Numbered from the stretch's first letter, positions 39,101-52,814 are shown. The stretch is DNA of 64,000 bases from Bugula neritina (GCA_964035545.1 OZ037766.1:8484722-8548721), one strand, 5' to 3'. Notes: generated from the sequence alone by a model not told the origin. Numbers and translations: made by a program.

Positions 39101-42100
39101 TTACGTAATCTAACCCACCAAAGAGAATACAAGCATCCTGTTAGTAGTTAGTAACCTTCACAACTAGGAATATAGCCCACACTCTCATCAGCAGCCATGA
39201 ATCATAATATAAAAATTAGTATATTATGAATCATAGTATTAGTATATTATTGATGGAATTCACAGTCTAATAAGTATAGTCAGCTGAGATACAAATGCAG
39301 GCTGCAATCATTTAGGAGCAGTAGTGGAAAAATTGAGATAGCCTAAACTCCTTAACTTTATTAAATTTTGGTTTAGGGAGTAGTTTAAAATTCTTTCGAG
39401 AGCATAACTTCTTTTGCTACATTTCTAATCTAGAACACAGACTTGTCTCAATTTTTCCATTACTGCACCTACCTCACAGTAATAAGCCTTTACCTGCTGT
39501 TTGGCGTTGGTCATTTCAATCAATGGTTTGAGTGCTGGTCTGGCTTTTATAGCTCCTATCATTGCAAGAACCATAGCTTGGTCTTTTGACATAATGGCCT
39601 GATGCAAGCAGCTACTACACAAGTATAAAATACGTCTAATTTTCAAAAGATAAGCAAATCAGAAGCAAAAATTAGGTACAACTATTTATATAGAATTATT
39701 TTCGAGTTTATTAAATCAAAAAATTGAAGACTCTACTTGCTTAAATTCTTAAAGCAAATGTTTGAGTTGTTATTCATTTTTTTAATTCAGTTTACCTCCC
39801 ATCACTTGTTTTATTCAGTAATTGCTCATCTGACTGCGCAGCAATCATTTCTTTAGACTTTTCCAGTCCGAGAATTGAAGGTTTCTTAGAAGAACCTGGA
39901 AAACAAATTGGATTAGAAAGTATTGGCAGAGGTGCCATGTCTAATGCACAGCACAAACAAATAGTAAGTTTCAATAAAAAAATTGACTATGAAAATATTT
40001 ATAAAAAAAGTCAACATCATAACAATACAACTAAACATGTATAATGACTTCTGGGTAAAAATGACAAAAATGCAGAAAGGATGCAAAATTTAAAGAAAAA
40101 TTAATTTTTGTTTGTTTGATCTTTTATTTCTGCCATTAATTTAAGCAGATCAATATTATTGCAAACAGGTAGATAATTTCACCTTGAAACAAAGTCAGCT
40201 TGCTATTCTACAACTCTGCGTATAAATAACTACATAATTGAATATTACAGTTACAGTCGATGCGTAAAACCTACAATAAACTAACCAATCAATGCATAAA
40301 AACAACTATCAATCCGTACGACTTTCGAATCTACCTGGGTACTTGTAAGGACTCCACGAATTATGAGATCTTGCCCTCCGATGCATGTTTTGATACTGAT
40401 TATAAGCGTAGTTACTATAATAGTTTTGTTTAAATTTGTAGTTGTAAGGTGTTAGTGTATGAGCAGCTGCGTACAGTCCAGTTTGTTCCATTTCCAAGTC
40501 GCAATAAAAAGTGTAGGAAGAGTTTGAAAACTACTCTGATCAGGAGGTCTCCAGGATGATTAATGAAACAGTTGGCTAAGTACCGTACGATATTTTCTTG
40601 GTATAGTACACATGACTATTACAGTGGCTGTTTATTTACGCTACATTTGAATAGGAGGAAACTAGCTCTAGATCCTATTTTATCGTGAGGAAATTTACGG
40701 GAGGTACAATGAATCATATCGGGCGTGACCGATTAGTGTTCAAATATTTGCTAGCGTAACCATGCGGTTATTATTGAATGCATAACTGTACATCTCCAAT
40801 AATGCGCTACAATCATGGCAACATTGCACTATTTCTCAATTTTATTGTTTGTGGTTTAATTAAAAAATAAACATTTGAACACTAAAAACTATAATTTATC
40901 ATTATTTACCAATTTTTGAAGCAAAATTCTTAGTTAAACTTGACGCATTTATAGCGTAGGTCATACAAGGGAATATACAGTAAATAGACAATTGCGTAGC
41001 TGGAAAGAAAGGGGAATACCCAGCAAGCTCAAAAGGGGAAAAAAGTTTGTCCCAGGAATAAACTTTTCCCTGAAGCCGATGAACGCAGCAATTAATCACA
41101 AACTCAGCCACTGCAATCAGACCAACTGCCTACAGGACTTGTACCAACATACATCATGTCGCAAGGTTATCAGAAATGATCTTGCAGTCAATGTTGCGAC
41201 CACCGCGATGTGTCTGCGATTGGATAGAATTCTGCGATTGAAAGGGATGTCCGATAGCCAACAAACAGTCCAATAGATGACCATAGTACCCACCACAAAG
41301 CACAATTTTATATAGCAGTTATCTTTCACAAGAGAGGTTTGAGTTATCGAATGAACACGCCATAGCAGAGTAACCCAGTAAAGGCCTGGCCACACAATCG
41401 TGAGAATCACACGAAACTCTTGTGACGATTTTCGTGAGTTATCTTTTCGTATTGACCAGTCACATGCTCGTTAGAGGAAAAGTCATAATGCCGAGATTGG
41501 TACCGCAAGTTTATATAAGTTATAAAGGAAAAATTTTGCCATTTTTGTGGTATTTTATGTGTAAATTTTTTTAGTTTTGTTTATTGGTAAAGTTTTTAAA
41601 CACATTTTTATGCATATAAAATTAAAAAAAATTTAAAACTCACTCATGCACGTAAATACAAAGCTATAAAGTTTAAGCTTCGCTGTGATTACAATGTGAA
41701 TATGAATTGAATAATGCTTGCAATAGCTATTTTACCCAAAATACATTACAGTTGCTATAAATGTAAGACTAGTAAATTGGATGCAAATAGGCATAGTAAT
41801 ACTACTAAATTTATGCTATTTTTGAAATTTGTAGTAAATATTTGGCGTGTATAATATATACATACCCCTAATATATACCACTTTGATGGCAACAAGTCAT
41901 TTTTATCAGTCCGTGAATGAGTCTTGCACGAGATACAAGCAGCAGAAAATTGCCAAATAGAGAAACGTAGTAGAAATGAAATAATCACTGTCACTAAAAT
42001 TCTATTGACCAATCAAATGGTACTTTTCGTCGATTGTGATTTTTCGTCCATCGTCATCGTTGTGTACACCCAACGATGACGATTTCATTTGAATTCCCTC

Positions 42101-45100
42101 AAATTTTCTCGCACGAATGTTTTTCGTGTCAAATAGACGATTTCGTGTGATTCTCACGATGGTGTGGCCAGGCCTTAACCCCCTATTTACTCTTTGCCGT
42201 ATTGTACACCGTAACAGCAAATGTCAGCCATTTTGTCAACATGGGGGGGGGGGCTGAGTTGTGGCATTGATCAAACACTGCTTGATTCAAAAAATCACAT
42301 CAGACTTCTATTGGGCATAGTTGATATGGTACTATAATTTATAGAATTTTTTCTGCTGATTTATTTTAATTGATTATTGTTGATTTAATTTACTCAATTC
42401 CATAGCTTCAAAACATTAAAAAATCTTTCTCCAGCTTGTTTAAATTAAGCCTAGCCTAAAAATCTAGCTTTCACTAATTACAAAAACACGCAAACCAAAA
42501 ACCTAAAAATTAATTAGACGGCTTAAATATTAATTATTCAAAATAATTTGCACAATTGTTTTAGGGACACATATATTTAAAAGAGAGTTTTTTATCTGCT
42601 AATTGCTTTTATTTAGTCAATAACGTTTATATCGCATCTTTTGAAAAAAATGTTGTAACAAATTTGTGAATAATAAACAAAAACATACAAGTCACTGCAG
42701 ACGAGAATTAGCTTAATTATGATTGGCCACAGCTCAGCATCATGCATTGTACTTTTTTCAGTGTTTGAATAGGGGTAAGAACTTTCTTACTGAGTTACCT
42801 GGCAGTTCAAGATAGTACAAACACTTGCTGTTTGATGCTGGTTTTTAAGTGGTAACAGAATAAATATATTAGGATTAGAAATGATTTGATCAAGAGTAAA
42901 TAGATACACAGCTTACATGCCTCACAAATGCCATTGAAAAACATACAAGCAAGAATCAAGACAAATGTGGTAATTCTCTCTTCAAGCACATTTAATGCTG
43001 AACTAGAACACTTATTCACAGTTATTAACAAGAGATAAATTCAACAAAATTGTCGTAATGAAAAATCTAAAAGCCTCGATAATTTTTCAAACTGAAATGA
43101 GTTTAAAGTTATCACTCAGTTACACGAATTAGTACGTATAGTCAGCATTTTTTAAATGGACTGTGAAAATAGTTGAGCTACAAAATTTGTACCTCTAAAC
43201 TTTAAAGAGTCAATAAACAGTTTTAAATATAGTTTAGGTCTCTAAGTTTGAACTGGAGAAAACTTCCAACTGGTGTATTCCAATTGTTATAATAGTCAGT
43301 TTATTAGTTATGCATCTAAAACAAGGTTCTTACAGCGTTTCTATTTTCCGTCAAGTTACTTTTTTCAGATGTAAGAAAAGAATAACATTTTATTTGTGCA
43401 AATTGTTATTATAACTAAGCTAACCTAGTTACTATCCTATAGCATCTATAGCGTGTTTTCTTGTTGTAACAACAGCTTGAAGCAGGGCCAGCTAGTTATA
43501 TTTTTGTCATAATAAAACCCCCATCATTGTCTTAGCTATGGACTAAGTACAACTTTAAGGTTGCCTGCTGAAGCTAATTGAAAATTTTGCACATATGATT
43601 TTAATTATTTCAGATTTTAGGCTCATCCATGAAGGTCAATTTAAGTTATCAAAGCATTAGAAAACATATACTGGTTCCGGCAACTTTTGTTACATGTTAA
43701 GGCAAAAGAACAATCGTGACAAATTAGGCAAAAGTATACATAAGAACCAGGAAAAACAGACAGGCAACTAAAGCACAAGAACAAAAATATGTAGCCAATA
43801 AGAAGCAAAGGAGCATAAGCGCTAATAATCTATTTTTCACAAGCACATTAGTGACTAATGAGCCCTCAGCCCAATTCTGGAGAAGCAAGTGCTAATTAAA
43901 CTGCTGCTGAAACAAACAAATTAACCCAACACAGACTAAACATACTGTTGAGTGAAAGAACAAAGAAGCTGCTCTGCTGAAAACACTAGCAGTCAAAGTT
44001 ATTGTCTATTGAAATATTGAACATGGGAAAAATAGAATGTTTTCAATTAACGGTAATTTACAAAATTTTCAACAAAATTTAAACAAGCCTTGAGTAGTGA
44101 TGAAATATTGATCAATTATAATATTTAAAACTTATTGGCGCAATACCATATTATTATAAAGAATTAATTACCATAACAATTAGCATACTAGTCACTGAAA
44201 GCTTAAACATGTTAAGCCAAAACTAATTATTGTCTTTGCATTTCTAATTCTAATGACTTTGATATTATAATCATAATCTAAGTATAGAATTAAAAACAAA
44301 CAGCTTCAGCTTTAATTTATATTCGAGCTCCAATCAATCAACTTAAGAAATATTTATACTCTTACAGTTATTGTCTAAGTAACTATAAAATCATTTATTG
44401 TATGATAACATTGTTTAAACTATCAAATTAAAAATACTAAACCAATTATAATTATTATCATTATGATGTCAATTAAGCTTCCAATTGTAGACATATCTGT
44501 AAGTAACCAATAAGAAAACTCAAGAGAGTTATATGTGCCAGATGTATCACTACCACTGGTTTGACATGTTGAATATTTTGTTTCTTTATGACATCCTAAT
44601 GTAACAATTTCTAAAGTCTAAACAATGCTTAAGCCTAAGTACAACCTTATAAATGATCTAACAGAATAACTCATTCAACAATAATTAGATATTGTATGAC
44701 ATTTATGTGACTACCATACACCTGTAAAATGCAACCCTCTCATCGCACTAGACACAAAATTCAATACCCAGTGAATGGAACAATTTCAGTCACCAACATT
44801 GAAAGATAACACAGTACAACCAAAAAGTAACTGTTCGTCATGATTGGGATGACAACTCTGAATAAGAGACACAACTCTAAGAACCTTCAAATTCTGCAAT
44901 TAGAATTACTCTTTCAGAAAAATTATAATACACTCAACGCTGTAAAAAGTTTTTGCAATTTGGTTGGAATGTGTGCATGCCGATTGCTATGCTGAGTGTT
45001 GAACCTAACATAACTTCAAATTTAATTTTCAATCATAAGTTCTAACTTTTTTTTCAAGAGTGGAAAACAACAACTCACCACCATTGCCTTTGCCTTTTGA

Positions 45101-48100
45101 TTTAGATGCTGGGGTCACAGTTTTCTTAGTCTTATTAGCATCACTCTCAGTTGGTGGTTTGGGTGCCAGATTAGGTAACACTCCTAGAATGAGATCAAAT
45201 AGTTTAGTAATTATTTTAAACAGTTGATTATTTTGCATCTAAATCATTTTTACTTTGCAAATTTTGTCACTCATTACTTGGCTCAACAAAATTCAAGGGC
45301 TAATTTCACTTTATTTTAAATTATAAATACCACTTCTCTCACGGTAGAAAAGTAAGAAATATCTTTTTAGTATACAAGGAGGGAATGTATAGTCAGTAAG
45401 GGCAAAAAGCTAGGTAACAGAGGTGGGGTGTGAACAAACAAAAATATATTTATGTGTAAAGAAAATAGTTCATTTCTCTAAAGGTTTAATGATCAGATAA
45501 AGTTCAAAAGAAAATTTTCAACCTTTTTTTCTAAATTGGGTCATGGAGATAAAGGGCTAGTCTAGAAAAACTATCCCAAAATAAAATGTGCAAATCTAAA
45601 TAATCAATATATATGATTTTTCTAAACACTTTTTGTTAGCTACTTGTAACCCCAACATTGGCAGACATGAACTACTCAGATTTCTAGCTGACCTGACATA
45701 CTTGATGTAATTAGTTTGCTGAGGTAAGCAATTACTAAGTAAAGTAAGAGTAAATCACATCTCTCTACCACATCCCCAGGGTCACCCAATAAACTGTATG
45801 GCTACCCTGCTGCCAATAAACTATACTTGTTTAATTTGCTAGAGTCATATGCCACCATGTGCTGAATCTAGTATACATTGGCCAACAATAAACAAATAAA
45901 ATGCATAATGGAGTGCAATGAAGTACAATCTATCGGCTAATATTGTTAATAAAATTGAATTAAATATATACAAACACAAGTATTGCAATGCAGTACTTTT
46001 TGATGAGACTGACAAAGCATAGAGCAGTCAGGTTGATGCTTACTTTTCTGAGGTTGCTGAGGAATTACGCAGAGTAATACTGCAGTGGGAGCTGTGGGGG
46101 TTGTCTGTGGTTGCTTTAATGGTGGAATAGCCATCTATAACATGCAATGTATTAGGTAGAGTATCACATTAGCATAAATCTAGTTGAAAACAGAAAGTAT
46201 TATAATTTGGTATTTAATTTTATTTACTGAAAATCAGAAGTACTAATTGAAGAAAATACCTTGCCAGGGGGAGGCCCGTTTGCTGTAGCAGTGACAGCAG
46301 CTGGATTAGTTGGAGCTGAGAAACTCTGCAAAGACTGGGGTATCAGATTACTGGTAGATGTGACATTGCAAGTCACAGGAGCACCGTGCATAGCTGGAGG
46401 CGCGTACACCGTAGGTGTGTATTGCTGATGGTAATAAAGAGCCTCGGACACCTGGCCGCATGGTAGTGTAGGGGCACCATGAGTAACAAATCCCTCTGGG
46501 TGCTGCAAATCTAAATACACTGCTGATGTTAATTATCTCAACGGCACATCTTGCTGAATAATACGATATTTAAAAACTGTTGTACACAGAAAATATTTTT
46601 GCTCCATTACCAAAAGACATTGTACTAAAAAACTGTTTTCAAAAGCTAAAATATAAGTTTCAGACACATGTTGGGTGTACAATACATTACTAGTGCACCA
46701 ATAAATAATTATACAGCAAATATGTTGGCCAAAGTAAAATTAATTTCTAGAAACAATCAGAGTCAAAGTAATATTTTAGAATACAGCTACTCACTGCTCG
46801 AGTGCATTGTGGGATAGGAGGTTGTGGCTGAAGCATAGTTTGCAGTATAATTAACTGAACTGGTTGGTTGTAACTGTGTCTGGGCAGAAGATGTGGAGGG
46901 GGCGAGGAGCTGGAATTTATCAAGCCCTATATTCGTGTGGTCAGCAAGGTCTGTCAGATCATCAGTTAAGGCTAAAAATAAACACTGCTTCATCTAAATC
47001 AAAATATAAAGTACAAGTGATAGTTTGTTTATATATGAAACATGATTAGCAGCTATTGTTTGAACTGATTTCATAAAACAGTGGCAGTGTCATGACACTT
47101 CCTAGAAGTGATAAGCAATATAAAAAGTATCATTGTATTCCCCTATCCATTTAAACCAGATCTGATATAACGGTATTATGTCAATATTTTCAGCTCTTCA
47201 TGAGGTGCAGCTGTTATTGAGTCATTAGGTTTGTTACATCATGAATTAGATTGTAAATGTAGTAAATTTGTAGTTGAGGCAATCAGTAAATTCTGATATA
47301 GAGTTAGACTCTACTCTACTTGATTCTGCTGCATGCCTTCTAGACACCATTAGGTTGGAATATACTCAGCATTTACTGAACCTTGGAGATTAGGATATAG
47401 GATATTATCTAACTTCTTGCTTTATTCAAGTGCGTTGCCAGCTTAAATGCATGATAACTACCCTAAATACCAAGCCTATATTAAGGAAAAGTAACGTGAC
47501 TGTGACAGTTTATTGGGACAGACATGCTGGAACTTTTACTACCCAGAGGTCATATAAAACAAATTATTTTATTGAAAATTAAATATTTATAGCACCACTA
47601 CATTACTCCGCTATGACATGTGTCCATATACTGCATGTGTACTTGCTGAAATCCTAAGTTCTTGGAAAAAGGGGTTTCTATTCATATTGCAATGGTAAAC
47701 AATTTTAAACAGGATTCCATTATGCAGGCTAAAAAATTCCAATAGCCAATTGTGTACACACCTGAAGATTATTACATCACTAATCCGCAATATATTCATT
47801 TCCTCAAATATAGAGGTACCATTGGTTAGGATTTGTCCAATCACATTAGTCTATTGTCTATGTTTAGCAGTGGAGCCGGACATAACTCAAGCCTACATCC
47901 TCTATCAACTTAATCATTATGATAAAAACAAGCATTATGTTTAATTAGCATAAATGCTAATAAGAATTAAGCATTTGTAGAGAAATTGGTCAGATAAGCC
48001 GACACCCTGCATATAAATTCTCTTAAACTAAAAATTAAAATAGAATTCAAAATTAATGTTACTATATGCATGGAAGCAAACTCAATTTCTAGAGCTTAGA

Positions 48101-50009
48101 TACAAACTAGGGTTATCATCAATTTCTAAATACTTTTGAGCTCTGATGTATTATATTAATCATTATTAAGGACTCCTAATACAGTAACTGCTTATCTGCT
48201 GAATCGTAACAGTATTGGATAGCCTACCATTACTAACCAGAACACTACTTGCAAGAGTAAGCATAATAAAATATGGCACATAACTAAATAGTAATAAAAT
48301 GGATAATAAATCATTTATAAACATTAACGTTTTATTTTGTAGAGGCAAAAGTGGATACAGAATACTCTTAGCTGGCACTAGGCTACTAGGCAACCTATTG
48401 TTAGCTGACATTGGCAGTGTGTACCAGGAAGTTCAATGAACAAATATGACAACTTTTATACATTAACAGTATGTTATTCCGCTATAGCTATGTGTGCTAA
48501 GTTTACTGATATCATTTTTCCACCTGTTTTGCCCAAACACAGCCCAGCATGAAAATTGCCAATACCAAGCATAGGGAAAATAAAAAGATGATAACTTTAT
48601 TTACATTTTGGGAAATATATGCAAATCTACATGCAAGTACTTACAATGAAGGTTTTGGGGAAAACAACTTTGCTCAAATTCCTTATATGGGGAGTCTGAA
48701 GGGTAGAGTGTCTGATCTTCAGGTGAATTGCCACTAGCAGCACTGGAGTAAGGTGATGATAAAGTATGACTGCCGGTTGGTGAATTCATGTAAGGGAAAG
48801 TTTCAGGTGAAGGAGATGGCTGATATGGACTGTGAGAGCCTTGTACAGGAGAGTATGGTACATGGTTTGGGGAATGGTCAAGTTGCAACCTCGTATAATT
48901 GGGCACGCTTGGTGGGGAGAAATTTATTGGGTAGTGGTATTGGCTATTTGGAGAATTTGACGATGAAAAGCTGGAGCGACTTGCTGAAGAATTTTGAGAC
49001 TCAGAGTGACGATGAGCTCTTACAGACTGACCAGAGAATGGTTGGCAACCCATCTGTTCTGTTCTTACAGCAAATTTCGACTGCCCTGTATGCTGATAGT
49101 TAGGAAGATTGACATTCTGCCGGTACTGCTGATATGCCAAATTTACATATTCAGGATTTGCCAAAGACGGCACTGAGCAATTTAACACTGCATTCACATC
49201 CTGGCCACTCATTTCAGGCAATGGAGCACACTCCTGGTCTGCTCTTGGCGAAACTCTTGGTGACTTTCCAGCCACACCTTTTACAGAAGTTGGCAGAGAA
49301 CTGATGTTTAAATAATTTGAAGGATTCAACTGATTCTGGCCGATCATGCTTCCATTTTCGTAAGGAACCGAAGGATCAATACTCTCAACTGGTCGGCGAT
49401 TGCCAGGTTGAAAAGGAAATTTTGCAAAATTATTTCTTTGAGCCATTTCTAGTCTTTGATCTCTATCGATATCATATGGCAAAGGCTTTTTTACTTTGTT
49501 ATCATTAAGCAAATAAACATCTGAGTGACAATTGTTGTTGAAATATCCCATCTGCTGCTGTCGTTTCTGCCCGGGAACTGAAGATGGATAGCTATCAATT
49601 CTTACAGGTGAGCTCTAAAATTAAGTAGTTATCCAAGTAAACTATCAAGAACTTAAAATATATAATATATATAAGAATCATATTAAAAAAACTAGCATAC
49701 ACTTTAAAACCTACAGTACTATAGAAAATTTAGCCCTACCTGTTGCCCAGTGGGCACTCCCCCAACAGGATGTCTAGGAACGCCAGTGTTTTCATACTCA
49801 GGTTTTTCAGGAAGTTGCTTGGTGCTCAGCTTCCTCTCTTTTCCCATAAGCACACTTCTTTCAGCGGGCTTTGGGCGAGATTTTTCTGCCACAGATAGAG
49901 TGTCAAAAGCATCACTTAAATTCTTCAAAGTATTATGGTTGCTGGGGACTTCCACGCATGCCTGCTCCCCTGGTTCTGTCAGTCTCAAAACTGCTTTTGG
50001 GCTGCTCAT
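36152..50009 (-). CDS. Nuclear IkB-like ankyrin repeat protein (IkBzeta/IkBNS/Bcl-3 type), long isoform about 933 aa
   Basis: Exons 50009-49740, 49614-48645, 46971-46795, 46510-46260, 46134-46044, 45183-45079, 39940-39796, 39611-39494, 38249-38151, 38031-37902, 37071-36947, 36549-36268, 36190-36152, all phase-consistent (2802 nt). S/P/Q-rich N-terminus then six ankyrin repeats (SCLHQA, TPLFLAV, TPLHYAS, TALHLAV, TALHYAV, TALHLAVSL..QIDLVKYLIAKGAN). Small exons between 45079 and 39940 may be missed. Confidence 0.82.
40335..40491 (-). CDS. Candidate alternative first coding exon of the IkB-like gene (short isoform about 364 aa)
   Basis: ATG 40491, MEQTGLYAAAHTLTPYNYKF...WSPYKYP, donor CCAG/gtagat in phase 1 matching exon 39940; lies in a CpG-rich patch. 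Confidence 0.6.
41011..41070. promoter_or_regulatory. kappaB-like site cluster upstream of the internal first exon
   Basis: GGGGAATACCC (41011-41021) and imperfect inverted repeat GGGGAAAAAAGTTT...AAACTTTTCCC. Confidence 0.55.
41382..42175. mobile_element. PIF/Harbinger-type MITE containing a segment of the hAT foldback element
   Basis: About 35-bp TIRs AGGCCTGGCCACAC.ATCGTGAGAATCACACGAAA, TAA TSD both sides; 41485-41860 matches 55127-55510. Confidence 0.9.
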
Positions 50010-50661
50010 ATTTGCACAACTGTAAAACAAGAAAAAAACTAACTATAAGTATAGAAATAAAAAACTGATATTAATATTGTTCAGCCATTATACTTATTTC
50101 AATCTATCAATCCAAAATATAATGCCTAAACATTGAATTTAAAATTAACTACCAATAATAAAATGAAAATAAGTAGTCAACTAAAAAAAACAATTACTAT
50201 TTAAAATTTGTATATTATGGTGAAACTAGAGAAATACATGAGAGAAGAGCCTTTTCAAACTTTGAATGAGCACCAGTTACATCAAACAAAACTAACAGAA
50301 ATAATAACTTCATCAAACCTTTTGATCTATAATTTGGGTTAGAAAAAACTGTAGTTTAGTTTGAGTTTCACGGTCACTAGCACTAGGATGGATATGTGCT
50401 ACTGTTTAATTTTTAATTTCACTTCAACAATAACAATATAATATAATATCAATAATTATAATAAGTAAAACTAAAACTACGCTAATTCTAAACTAGGCGA
50501 TGACTACTAGTAATATTCATACAGTCATACTGACAATTGAAAACTTAAACAACATAACACTTGGTCTTATAGTTTTACTGCTAGTAGTAATATTAGGCTA
50601 CTAACCCTAATTTAGCAACATTAATAATTTACAAATTTTAGTATAACTGTCATACTAAGAG

Positions 50662-50860
50662 AGCAGCCATGGTCTAGGGGTTAGAGCGTTTGCCTAGTAA
50701 GCACGAAGTCATGGGTTCGAGCCGACAAAGGCCATTGGTGATGCTAGGAAGAGCATCCAGTCATAATTGCGCCTGTGCCCCATCTGAATAAGTCCTTAGC
50801 CGATTTAACAAAAACCCCTTCCATCAGGGGTTTTCTCACAGGGATGGTGACTATAAACTT
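50662..50860 (+). mobile_element. tRNA-derived SINE (tRNA-Thr(AGT)-like head)
   Basis: A box TGGTCTAGGGG, loop CTAGTAA, B box GGTTCGAGCC, no proper acceptor stem, then a non-tRNA body (AGGAAGAGCATCCAG). Confidence 0.7.
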
Positions 50861-51640
50861 GCGTGAGAGTATAATTGTCATACTTATTATGACTTGGAAC
50901 TGCTGAAGTATTACCATAACTATTATTATTACTCTACTAGTATTAGACTGAGTATGAGTAACAGTATGACTATCACCATCGGTATCACTAACAGTAACTA
51001 TGAGTATGAGTATGAGTATTACTACGAATATCAGACTCAGTATCACCATAACTATGACTATGAGTATTGAGTATGAGTATGAGTTGACGTTCAACTTCAT
51101 CCATACTAGACTTGAGAACAATTCAACAAATACCAATAGTAATACTGATACTAATACTGTAATAGTAATATTAATACTCCTAAGTAATAGTTTGAGTAAC
51201 AAAAAATCTGCGATGTGCTGATTCGCATCACTGTTAGTGTTAGTGCGAGTGTCAATGTCATACCGCAGTTAGTGTAAAAATTACACAGTAAAACTAAAAC
51301 ATTGTTATAATATTATTAATAATTTTATAATAAATGGTTATGATGCATCATGCATTTATTTTTAACTTGCACATTTTGTGATTACTAAAAGTAAAAGTAA
51401 ATGCTTGTGTTGATGCTCTACTTCTATCGACGCAGTCAGAGTGAGAGATAGAGAGAGATGTCTTAGAGTTAGTCTAACTCTATGACTATAAGTATGACTA
51501 TCATTAGAGACTATCAGTATAACTATAACTATAACTTAATAAACTGTTAATAATTAATGAAGTATAGCATTAACTATAAGTTATATTTAATATTCATTAT
51601 CAATAATAATATTATATTAAATTTAAAATTAATGTTCAAC
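50860..51640. repeat. Degenerate GAGTAT/ACTATG hexamer and AAT/ACT trimer tract
   Basis: Directly visible; explains MSMSMSI/VILIL ORFs. Confidence 0.85.
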
Positions 51641-51783
51641 TTCATGTTGTGCCTAGACCAAGTCAAAGTCCAATGTCAAACTCCATGTGAGCATGAAAAT
51701 CTTCCAGATTTTACTCCTTTAAAATATTGCAGAACTTTGCTTTGCTCTGGGGGTTGTAAAATGTATAAACTTTTAATACTCAC

Positions 51784-52070
51784 AGGAAAGATAAATATAC
51801 TTGTACTTGCAAAGCCAGATAAGGCACATGTACTTGTAGTCGCGTAGACTCAGGCTGTCGAATTCCTGCTTCCTCTTCAGCCAAATAATATTGTTAGTAC
51901 GAGTACCCTAATTCGCATTACATCAACGTTAACAGCCTAGTTTTGCTTCTAGTTGCGTTACTTATCTTACCATACGTCATATTTTTTGCTTTGTATTGGC
52001 TAATTTTTTCACCAATCAAAAATATTAATATAGCGATAAATAAAAATCATAATTACGGCCAATGGAATAA
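51784..52070 (-). promoter_or_regulatory. Probable non-coding first exon and promoter of the long IkB-like isoform
   Basis: Minus-strand donor gtgagt at 51783, CpG enrichment, three CCAAT/ATTGG boxes at about 51995, 52012 and 52059. Confidence 0.5.
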
Positions 52071-52814
52071 ATAAAAGTTATATTTCAATGATTACAACAT
52101 TTGCATCTCCTTTCGCTCATAGTGGAATTTTGCATCTTTATTAAGACATCTTGGTCACGGTATAAATTATAGACAAGGGCATGACAAATAATGACCAGCA
52201 TGATTATATAACCTTTGTATATAATCTTATAATATTATAAACTTTTGATAATGACTAGTGAATTGTCCTTCAGAACTGTTTGTCTGTGTAAATAAACCTA
52301 AATTGAAATGCTGCTACATCATACATGCTTAGGATTTTGTCTTCTTGTTTTAGGGGTATATCACATTTTGTGCTCTTAATACTTGAACCAAATTGTGTTT
52401 GATCATTCATACTTTTATGGAGAAACTATAATAACTATAAGTTCTATTAAAATTCTAAATATAAAATAAGAATATTTTTATACATGTGTCATATTTTTAG
52501 ATAATAAAGACAGCATGCTTAGGCTTTATTATAATTTGCAGAGCAATAGTATAATTGCCGATTAAATTTAAAAGTCAAACTTTATAGCACTATAAGCACG
52601 GCTCCCAGTCCAACTAATGTACATAGACTGAATTCTAAATAAACTCTTACTCTTTTATTTGTTAACTATCAGAGCTGATCCAAAACATGACTACCTAATA
52701 TACCATTTTAAATTCAGATTATATATTAGAAATAGTTTTAGTCAAATATAACTGTACTAAAAGTATCAAAAAACTATGATTAATGTAGAAACATTGGTAA
52801 ATAGTGTTCTAAAT

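Noticed and set aside
39900-39940. PLPILSNPI resembling the end of a Rel homology domain (p105/Relish-like gene)
   Set aside because: No RHD or IPT exons found upstream; the match is too short.
42799-42837. 39-nt phase 1-1 microexon (SNSKCLYYLELP) in the IkB-like gene
   Set aside because: Good donor but a poor polypyrimidine tract; not needed for frame; needs RNA evidence.
50662-50735. Functional tRNA-Thr gene
   Set aside because: Acceptor and T stems do not pair properly and no T-run terminator follows; fits a SINE head.
50744-51221. 152-aa multi-TM-looking ORF and antisense MSMSMS ORF
   Set aside because: Translations of the degenerate hexamer tract; the same applies to ORFs at 57656-58176.
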